From Ginkgo biloba (lineage: Eukaryota > Plantae > Ginkgophyta): a stretch of 22,077 nt of DNA. The DNA is taken from assembly GCA_024626585.2 (NCBI GenBank), contig JANKJI020000002.1, forward strand, positions 202,662,278 through 202,684,354, in the 5' to 3' direction. Below are positions 13,686 through 22,077 of this stretch, one piece after another. Each line of letters begins with the position of its first letter. Position 1 is the stretch's first letter. A model generated the notes under the pieces. That model worked only from the letters and a program-made list of their open reading frames with translations. It had not been told where the DNA came from and made no database searches. A program made the position numbers and the translations under genes.

Positions 13686-13700
13686 TTTTTTTGTGTAGTG
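13686..13700 (+). repeat. CACTA right terminal inverted repeat
   Basis: TTTTTTTGTGTAGTG is the reverse complement of CACTACACAAAAAAA. It is preceded by hairpin-type subterminal repeats and followed immediately by unrelated gypsy pol sequence. Confidence 0.8.
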
Positions 13701-13859
13701 TATTTCCTACAAAGATTAAACTTATAGGTATGAACTCTAATACATCGAGAGGCTTGATCTATATGTTTAGGAATGCAATTAAGTGATGTAGTAAATGTAC
13801 TATTCAAGTATGATGTTGTGTTCATTAGGTAGATCAACAAAGGTCATTTGATATTTCTT

Positions 13860-14400
13860 AGTTGAACCAAAGATTTGAATTTAAGCCAAGATGTTTGTTA
13901 TTTCCATACCCTTTTTTAATTTTACATGATATAATTGTAGATCGAGTTCTTACAAGAGAACTACCTACTTACCTATTTTACTAATAAGATCAAATTTTGA
14001 TAATAGATAATGAAGAGGGTCTGAGATAATCAACCTTTGCAGGATAATTTACATGTGATTTAAAAAATATTATAAAAAAAATTAAGGTAGTATATTACTT
14101 CTTAATGGTTTTAAATTTTACTTCATTTTTTATGAAATATTTATTAGTGAAGTAAATGGATCTTTCATGTTTATCCTAATCCTATTACATTCATATGATT
14201 CCTACTATATTTTTAGTGTCATTCTCATATAAGATTCCTTTTAATAATTTAGTGGTGCAAGGATAGGTCTAGTGGTTAATGAAATTTAAAATTCATCAAA
14301 GGCTTATGTGAAATTGTCTTAGATAAAAGCGATATTTTTCTTCAATAACTAATTAAGAAGGGATGCCTTTATAGAAAATCTATCTATGAAAAATATTGAA
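13860..14400 (-). pseudogene. pol: RT connection and RNase H remnant (gypsy pol)
   Basis: 'LLKKNIAFI*DNFT*AFDEF*ISLTTRPILAP..VGII..DKHERSIYF..EVKFKTIKK', 'DPLHYLLSKFDL' and 'VVLL*ELDL..KLKKGMEITNILA', cf. LLKK..F.W...QxAFD.LK....P.L, ERPIYY, DPLKYLL, WxxLLQEFDL, K.KG..IAD.LA. Confidence 0.85.
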
Positions 14401-14599
14401 TAGTTTATATTCCTTCGGAAAGATTTAATTCCTTTAAGCTTTCTTGGAGAAACAAATTATTAAGTCTATATCGATTTCCTATTTAGATAGAATAAAATCT
14501 AATATTTTCTTGGGTATGACTCTAAATATATACTTAAGGGGATTAAGTCTTACCTTATATTTGTAATACCTCTCAAATATTATTCGAAGGTCTCAAATG

Positions 14600-14637
<38 letters not shown>

Positions 14638-14748
14638 NNNNNNNNNNNNNNNNNNNNNNNNNNNNNNNNNNNNNNNNNNNNNNNNNNNNNNNNNNNNNNN
14701 NNNNNNNNNNNNNNNNNNNNNNNNNNNNNNNNNNNNNGTGTGTGTGTG

Positions 14749-14797
<49 letters not shown>

Positions 14798-15400
14798 ATA
14801 GATAGATAGATAAATAGATAGATAGATCTCATCGATTTAAACTGGTATTATGTTAAGAATTTTGTAAAAGGATAAGGCCATGGTATGTTGGTGAGTCACT
14901 CCTGCATTGATTAGATAAAATGGTATGACATGATATATAAATATTCCCTATTAGATTATAAAATAAGTTTTGATATGATCTTATTCAAATAACATCATAT
15001 GATTATATCCTTAGAAATTATCCATCAGGGAAATGATTTTATAACTAGAAACTGCATCAACTATGTTATTAATAAATGGTAACATAAAGTTATGTTTCAT
15101 AGAGGCCTTTTTTAAATATTAAAAATCAATACACATGAATAAATTATTTTTCTTCATAATTATCATTATGTGCGTTACCTATTTTGGGTAATCTGCTAGG
15201 AAGGGAAAGCTTTCTTTTAGTATTTATTTATTTATTTCTTGATCTTCACACCTAATTATGGTCTAATAGGTATTTTCCTCTTAAGAATATAATTTCACTT
15301 ATGTTTTATGAAAATATTATGGACATGAAATTTTTTTCAAGGTGAATATATCATAAAATTCTCTTCAAATATTAGTGTATTGTTGCATTTCTAAGTACAC
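14400..15400 (-). pseudogene. pol: Reverse transcriptase remnant (gypsy pol), interrupted by a microsatellite
   Basis: 'EFYDIFT' (~15355); 'MCIDF*YLKKASMKHNFMLPFINNIVDAVSSYKIISLMDNF*GYNHM..DHIKTYFII**GIF / YHVIPFYLINAGVTHQHTMALSF..V*IDEI' (15137-14825); then beyond the SSR 'DLRIIFERYYKYKVRLNPLKYIFRVIPKKILDFILSK*EIDID' (14593-14465). Confidence 0.9.
14604..14827 (+). repeat. Compound microsatellite (GT)n-[gap]-(GT)n(AG)n(GATA)n
   Basis: Directly visible. The true length is unknown because of the 100-N gap at 14638-14737. Confidence 0.98.
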
Positions 15401-15929
15401 TTTACCTCTAACTTGATAATATTAGGTTTACTAGTCATATATTTATTTATATCAATGGATTTTCCCACTATCATAGCATCTTCCTCCTCAAAGTGTTAAA
15501 GAGTAGTTTAGATCAATATATCCTTTAAAAAATCAACATTATCTATTTAAAATATTTTAGGGGAGTTATCTTAAGGGTTATCTCAAGGGGGTTATATTCA
15601 TACAAGATTTAAAATATTTCAAGGGAGTTTACTCAAGGGTTGATTTGGAAGTCATGTGCCTTTTTTATGTCATTTGGGATATGGAAAAGAATCACTGAAT
15701 ATGAATCTAATATAGCCTCATCATTTTCAAATTAATATAATTCATATATGAGTCGATTTTCAATGTAATAGACTTTTGGGTCTCACCCTATAATGTTGTA
15801 TTTATCACTTAGAGATAGATTTATAAAGGGTAATTGATGTAAATCATAGTTGGAAGACTGGAAGTCTAATTATTTCTTTTCCATATGAGTAACATCATCA
15901 TTATTATATTTTTAGTATAGGAAGTATCA

Positions 15930-16330
15930 TTGATATATGATATTTACTTTACTATGATGAATGTATTAAAATTTCTCCAAAAATAGACCAAGCGACCATT
16001 AAAAATTTATTTACCCAAGGTCTATCCAATAATAAATTATATTCATATATGGACTCCATGTCCTCTACATCTATTGCAATAGTTTTTTGTTTGCAAATTT
16101 ATGCCAACTTGAGTTTGTCCTATAGGATATATCCATTTTTTATTAAATCCCCTAAAGCTAGTAATGTTTGGTTTTTTCATTATAGATAATGGTATGACAA
16201 TTAGGGTTAAGCCTTCATATAAAATTATTTAATTGAATTTAATTCCTTTTATAAATATATGGTGTTATCGCCCTTTTTCGCATCCTTACAATTGCATTGT
16301 TGATGCAACATGATTCTAGTATTGTTATGT
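15930..16330 (-). pseudogene. Retrotransposon aspartic protease remnant
   Basis: 'KPNITSFRGFNKKWIYPIGQTQVGINL / TIAIDVEDMESIYEYNLLLDRPWVNKFLMVAWSIF', cf. LxAFDG..PxG...TVxIxVEVVDxPLDYNLLLGRPW...AVxS. Confidence 0.75.
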
Positions 16331-16912
16331 GAATTTGGAGATTCATAATATATTTTTTACATGTCATAATTCATATAATATATTATTTATGTCATATTTG
16401 TATACTATTGTGTGATATTACTCCATTTCATCACCCATATTATATTGGAATTACTCATTTATACATTGATATCATACATTTATTTTGTGGTCCCTAGCAT
16501 GGCCCTCTTATTCTCATGAATATTATATTATGTGGCTACATACATCATGATTTATCTCACCATAGGCGAATTCCACACAATATGGATCATATATTGAGGC
16601 ACATGCATAGGAATTTCATTGGTTTAAAGTACTTCACAACATTCAATATGCATGTTCTTCTCATATGATCTTATTGAATAATAAATAAATGTGAACATTA
16701 TTATGTACACCAAAAAGTGAGTTATTACCTTAAAAATATTATCTTAGGTAATGTACTACAATATATGGTATTTTATGATTTTCACTATTGTTAAGGTCAT
16801 AAGACTAATTCATCATATAAATACCCCTTATTACAAGATAAAAAAAGTGTGGATCTCTATTTTAATATATACACTATCATCTAAAGGAATTTTTCTTTGC
16901 TTATACAATCTA

Positions 16913-17213
16913 TGTAATAAACCTGACCCTTATTCCTATTCACACCTACTTCCTCCTACTCTCTTCTAACACTTGTATTCTTCTCTTATGTTCTCTTTCA
17001 CGTAAGCACATATAATCCACGTATCTTACATGCAAAATATCTCTTCTTCTATTCTCTATTATATAAGCTCTCATGTTACCCTTCAAGGTATCGTTTGTAT
17101 TGAGCACTATTAGAATGGGAGGTTTTCACCCTCGAAGTAGATTATTAATGAAATATTTACATTTTATGTTTTGAGAATTCTTATGTCTTGAATTAGATCA
17201 TGGGTTGATTATA
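16913..17213 (+). repeat. LTR (~300 bp) of the same family as 2017-2347, opposite orientation, followed by PBS remnant(s)
   Basis: Starts TGTAATAAACC, has TATATAA at ~17060, shares blocks with the reverse complement of 2017-2347, and ends GATTATA followed by AG TGATATC (cf. GCTTACA AG TGGTAT). A second TGGTATCAAAG lies at 17252-17262. Confidence 0.8.
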
Positions 17214-17284
17214 AGTGATATCCTATGAGAATATTTCAGAAATAAACACTATGGTATCAAAGTTCTAATTTTTTTTCTATGGTT

Positions 17285-17736
17285 TGTTAAGCATATGGTA
17301 TGCCTAACAGGTGTACAGTGCATCCCTAATCTAAGTACAAGTATATAATAGATAATCACATTCACATTCTCACAGACTGTACATATAGATGAGGAAAACC
17401 ATCCAAGCCATTGTATTGCTAATCACAAGTCGTTACATCATAGTACATTTCATACAGGTACCTCCATTCATCATAACTAGCTAATCATTGCTTTACAATA
17501 TATATATATATACAAAAAGCAAACGATTGCTTAACCGTCATGGAGGTTACAACCGACACATACGTTGGTGACAGTTATTAGGCTTCTATCGATGGCGAAG
17601 ATTTGACATCGGTGAGTTGCATACAAGTCTTCCTCCAACATGACTCTGGCATCTAACTCATATCGATAATTGAATGATCAGTTGGTGTCAGTTTGCTTTT
17701 CTTTGTTTATATCCTCCATCTCGACACTCGTCAATA
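17285..17736 (-). repeat. Probable 3' LTR (~450 bp) of a younger LTR retrotransposon
   Basis: Plus-strand ends TGTTAA...TCAATA (consistent with TG..CA plus one transition). On the minus strand it is preceded by a purine-rich tract (AATGGGGTGGTT, 17748-17737), and it contains a (TA)n TATA-like run at ~17499-17512. There is an abrupt rise in GC and CpG at 17285. Confidence 0.6.
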
Positions 17737-17773
17737 AACCACCCCATTAGTGTTAGTTTAGGCCATATCTGAC

Positions 17774-18570
17774 TTATGTTGGATCTTTATCCAACACTCT
17801 CCCATACCTGAAGCATTGTCTCACCCCAAGATAAGGCGAGGGAAAAATATGAAATTTAGTCGACAGCCAACGACACAAGTCTTCAACCTTCCTTGTGGGG
17901 TGCTTTGTCAGTTTGGACAGAGCGAGCGATAACTCCATCTGTAAATAATACCATTCCTTTATGATTTGGGTGACCAACTACAGATGAGTTTCTATAGTGC
18001 TAGTGATAGAAAATCCATCTAGCTTAGTTTTAGCGACCTCATCCTTGATCTATTGGAGGTGCTCCTTATAAAGTTTGGCTTGTGCTTTTACCTGTTGTTC
18101 CATAGACTTGACCTTCCCATTATACTATTGTAGCATGTCAATAGTTTTGTGAGCATCACCTTGGGTCTAGATGTAGTTTTGCTGAGTCGTTTGGTATTGT
18201 AGTTTCAAAGGAGCTAAATCCTCTGCAACCTCCATCTCAGTGCTAATTTGTTCGATGGCCATCTGAGCCTGCTCTACTTTCCTTAGTGCCTCATGCACTA
18301 CCTATGGTTATTTTTTAAAGTACTAACCCAAGAAATTTACTTCTTTAACCATGGCATCCACGAGCTCTGCATAGGAGGAATAGGTCGTGAATGTTTCCTG
18401 AGCTTTGACCTTGCTCTGCGTGATTTTTTGTTGTCACTCTTGCATTTGGGCTTCATGTTCCTATCGAAACTTCCTTAGAATCTATAATCTTGCATCGATT
18501 TTCTTTTGTTGTTTCTATAGGGTGATGACATCTTGCTGGAGTTGATACACCTGGTGTAGCTCCTATAGGT
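17774..18570 (-). pseudogene. Decayed additional ORF (coiled-coil-like, unknown function) upstream of the PPT/3' LTR
   Basis: One frame without frameshifts for ~265 codons, Q/E/K/L/A-rich: 'ELHQVYQLQQDVITL*KQQKKIDARL*ILRKFR*EHEAQMQE*QQKITQSKVKAQETF...VHEALRKVEQAQMAIEQISTEMEVAEDL...KVKSMEQQVKAQAKLYKEHLQ*IKDEVAKTKL...LVTQIIKEWYYLQMELSLALSKL'. It is in frame with supplied ORF 17774-17977, and all stops are explicable as C>T changes. Confidence 0.7.
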
Positions 18571-18736
18571 ACTGATTGTGTTATCAGGTGACAATGGCTT
18601 TCACTATTATGTTTCCTAAATTATGATCCGGTAGCTNNNNNNNNNNNNNNNNNNNNNNNNNNNNNNNNNNNNNNNNNNNNNNNNNNNNNNNNNNNNNNNN
18701 NNNNNNNNNNNNNNNNNNNNNNNNNNNNNNNNNNNN

Positions 18737-19900
18737 GGGTATTACCACCTTCCATTTGTTTAGTACCCCTATAAATCCATGTATGAGCTTAAGTTATTTG
18801 TGGGCTTATTACCACACTACCTCAATTGTTCTTTCATGTGCAGGCTTGAGCATTTTGTACATTCCTCTTCTTCTACATCAACTGGCAATATTGCCTAACT
18901 ATGGGACTTCTTATAAACTATTGAATTCCTACCACTAAGACAAGGATTTCATGCAACTAATGATAAAGCTACAAGCATTCACTATCACTATAACATACAT
19001 TGGTTCCCAACAAACCTAAGGACTCCTTATATTTAAATCGTATCATATATAATTCTTCAAAAGATAAAAACTATCAATAAATTTGACTCGCTATATACTT
19101 CACAAAACTTCATTAAGTTTCATTGCCCATGTTATCCCATATTTTATATAATGTGCTCACCTTAAGTAATATTTTCTCATTAAGGCATTATATCAAATAA
19201 TTGGTGTGAATATTATTTTACACACATAAGAAGTATCAACTATGCACTTAAAAAGGTAACGCTCTTCATGGTAATCTTTGGAAGGTAAGGTTGATTCACA
19301 ACCCATAGAATAAGAGCGAACATGGTATGAAACAAAATAAAATACAAAGTGAAGAGCACTGCATATGCATGTTGTGCATGCTTATAAAAGTAGTTGGTTT
19401 CAAAAGAACAATTATCATTTTCATAATAAAAATACTTATAGTTAATGGAGCTAAGATTCATTTTATACTATCATCAATCTCTTATTTTTCCTTTGCACTC
19501 GGATGCCATGCCAAAATTGGAATGGCAACACTTTTAATATACAAGATGAAATCATTTTATAGTGGTGGCATCTACATTTGATGTTAGAGACTTCTTTCTC
19601 CACTTTTGAATACTAGATAAGTAAAGGAATGATCGTACTCTAAAAGCATACCAAACTTCCATTTAGTAGGTTCTCACTTTGAAAGTACACTTTTTAGGCA
19701 TATGGCATACTTAATTTCTTTGTTATATTACAAGTGTTATAAATCTTTCTAAGTGCTTTGATATTGTTGGATATGTTCCTCTCCCTTTGTTGACCTATAT
19801 GGACATAAGTAGTTATTACTATAGGTAGAATAGAAATGACCAAAATTCAATTTGAATAAATGAATGTTAGATCCACATTCAAGATTAATGCGTCCAGATA
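18737..19900 (+). pseudogene. Possible very degraded gypsy gag-protease remnant
   Basis: Weak motifs only: 'LWDFL*TIEFLPL / DFMQLMIKLQ' (~18900-18975, cf. W..F...EFYPLG...KWQ), and 'ILIVNGAKIHFI' (~19432) or 'FYSGG' (~19555) as candidate DSG-type protease sites. Confidence 0.3.
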
Positions 19901-21289
19901 AATAATCACCAATATAGGATGCACTCTACTAGATTTTCTACCTCTAAGTGAACCAACAATAAAACCTCTACTTAAAAACCAATGTGGACTAGGTGTAATG
20001 CTAATACAAAACCATAGAAATTATATATTTGAAATTATGTGAATTTTAATATGATGAGATAGAAAAGTTAACAATTTATTTGGTTGCCTTCCAATGCTAA
20101 ATTCATTAGAGGAAAAGCTCTACTTGATTGTATTATGAATAAGTAGCTACATATGGCAATAGATACTTGAATTTCAAAGTAATTAGATTAATGAACTAAG
20201 GATTTGACAAAATCAAAAGATAAGGCCCGTGAAAATAATTTTCAAACATGAATATGTTTGGATGTAAAAAAAATTATTTGCATTAGGATCAAGTGTTATT
20301 ATATTATTCTACATATTAATTATACATCAAAGAATAAGGAAAGGAAATAATGTGAGTAAGTATGCTCCCAAAAATTGGATGAGTATCATGTCCTTATCCT
20401 CTTCCCTCAATAAACTTTTCAATGACAAATTTTTCTTGAAGTTCAAACTTTACTCTCTAAGGTGTAAGCGTAGCAATAAAAATTTCTTAAAGAAATATGT
20501 CTCTAACTTTCTTTATTACTTAGATCTATAGCCTTTTATAGATATTTGGAGGATTTGAGTGATAATATGGTCCTCCTCCAATTATGGAATAATGGTATTT
20601 ACTATATGTATGGTATAAAAGTAGATATATGCATAGGGTATGGCAGTTATCCCTTTCAATGGAAGGGATAGGCAATTACTCTTAGTATTAAGGAATTATA
20701 ATTAGAAAGTTTCCTTGACTAAATGTGAGGTAATTACCCTTTTTATAATTAGATATTACCTTCGTATATTTTAACTCTGGGAGAAACTTTGACTTTGAGT
20801 CATTTTACCTCAATAAAAAAAGAATTAAGCCAAGGGACCTTTTGGACTATAGTCTTATTTATAAATTATGGGTTCCAATTTACATGATAACAAAAATCTT
20901 AAAATTTCTCATAAAAAACTTCAATTATCTATCCTAATTTTTTTGCATAAATACCATCAACTAAGAAATAAATTTTCTTCATAATCAAGAGGATAAAAAT
21001 TATCTCTATTTCCTTTTAATATTTACACATGAAATCATGGGATGAAGTGTGGATTATTATGTTTCCCTACAATGAGATTCATACCATAATAATTATTTCA
21101 TATATATCTATAATTCAATGATTTAAAGTCTCTAAAAATATGTACAAGACTAATTTACACCTAGATTAAGTGAATACCCCTTCCACTTACTTGAGCTTAA
21201 TGTATTTTTCTTTAAAATCCTAATGTAGTGAATTTATGAAAATCCACTTGACAAAAAGGATTTGGGTATAATTATATTTGTACTAAGAT

Positions 21290-21445
21290 TAAAACTAATT
21301 TATGATTGCATAAGTAGTGGAAAATATTTGATTAGCTTAGATTATTAAGTTAACTCTATTTTTTGATTGCACCATTGGTGACAATATTTAATTATGGAGT
21401 TAACTCTAATTTGTGACTACACAATTAGTGGGTAATTCTTAATTT
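21290..21445 (+). repeat. Degenerate ~50-bp tandem repeat, about 3 copies
   Basis: AGTTAACTCTA at 21348 and 21398, each followed by TTT.TGA.T.CAC.ATT.GTG..AAT..TTAATT; a weaker copy starts at ~21291. Confidence 0.6.
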
Positions 21446-22077
21446 CTTAGATTATGGATCTAATTTTGAGAATAGTTAGGGTTTAAGACTCTATTTAATC
21501 ACTTTGCTTAATGGATCAAGATCATTCTTTTCTTACATATGTAGTTTCTTTTGCTTTTCGTAATACAAGTCTTAAAATTCTATCATTGAGAGTGCTTAAG
21601 TTTGTATTCATAGTTTCTCTAAGAACATATTTATTTCTCTTTTCAATCTATGTCCCATTGGGAATCACTCTATACAAGTTTTGTCTCAATTTTTAAGTGG
21701 AAATCATTTTAGAGCAGTTCAAGGCAACAATACACTTTAGATTGGTGTGTCAAATCAGTTAAAAGAAATCACCTATTTGATGCAACCACAAAGGTTCAAT
21801 TTTACTCCAACATCTTTAGTAAGGCTTGTATTTATTTCAATTTTCACATGCAAGCATAAAAACATTTTAGTTTCAAGTTTATGGCATTTTAATGGGTTCG
21901 AAATAGTTTTGTACATTCTAATTGCCATTGTAATATCTCACAGTAGAAATGCCCATTTAAGCTCGAATCTTGCAGTAGATGTGTCTTTCTGTTAGCTTTA
22001 TGGATATATAAATTTTAAGGAAATAGAGTCCGTATAAAAAAATTACAATCATTTTTTTGACAATATATAAAAAATTT

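Larger units (their letters stand above)
3422..13700 (+). mobile_element. CACTA (En/Spm) DNA transposon, decayed; left end not located, and continuity across three internal gaps is assumed
   Basis: Right TIR at 13700, subterminal inverted repeats at 13588-13679, and internal transposase remnants on the plus strand. Confidence 0.5.
13701..16912 (-). mobile_element. Non-chromovirus Ty3/gypsy (Athila/Tat-like) internal region: gag end, protease, RT, RNase H; decayed
   Basis: Collinear minus-strand PR, RT and RH motifs (see sub-features), plus a weak gag-knuckle remnant 'LDDSVYIKIEIHT' at ~16890-16845. Bounded by the CACTA TIR on the left and a foreign LTR on the right. Confidence 0.85.

Noticed and set aside
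14262-14300. GGTCTAGTGGTTA resembling a tRNA/SINE A-box
   Set aside because: No B-box or cloverleaf; it is the antisense of pol codons (LTTRP).
14593-14832. Three ORFs with VC/TH/RE repeats
   Set aside because: Translations of the microsatellite and N gap.
18293-18478. Plus-strand 61-aa ORF
   Set aside because: Antisense to the decayed coiled-coil-like ORF.
19430-19930. Minus-strand frame with few stops ('SASYIGDYLSGRINLECG...YAICLKSVLSK*EPTKWKFG') considered as a possible viral or host pseudogene
   Set aside because: No recognisable motif and several stops; more simply the antisense of a weak plus-strand gag-protease remnant.
20820-20900. Motifs resembling LINE RT (LSQG..LFI, plus strand) or protease (GTHNxINK, minus strand)
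   Set aside because: Mutually exclusive, isolated and too degenerate to call.
21500-22077. ORFs 21511-21696 and 21747-21995 as possible host exons
   Set aside because: Compositionally biased hydrophobic translations with no motif or convincing splice structure.

Overview
Very AT-rich, strongly CpG-depleted eukaryotic DNA with six 100-N scaffold gaps. I read it as plant repeat-rich intergenic or intronic sequence; a gymnosperm-like host is inferred from the transposon motifs and is unverified. I found no intact host gene, RNA gene or prokaryotic system, and the supplied ORFs are fragments or antisense shadows of decayed transposons. Manual translation through stops and frameshifts resolves a nested transposon graveyard: (1) the 5' half of a chromovirus-type Ty3/gypsy element (LTR, PBS, gag, start of protease; minus strand, 1-2347) inserted in a LINE ORF1 (DUF4283) remnant (2348-~2640); (2) a heavily decayed CACTA/En-Spm transposon (transposase remnants ~5130-9230, right TIR ending at 13700); (3) a non-chromovirus (Athila/Tat-like) gypsy gag-PR-RT-RNaseH remnant (minus, 13701-~16912), cut by the CACTA end and with a compound microsatellite just after its YxDD motif; (4) a second, inverted copy of the LTR family in (1) (16913-17213); (5) the 3' end of a younger, CpG-retaining LTR element (minus, 17285-18636) with an unassigned ~265-codon coiled-coil-like extra ORF upstream of its PPT, the most novel-looking item; (6) further very degraded, probably gypsy-like sequence after 18737. 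All domain calls come from motif recognition by eye, not database searches.
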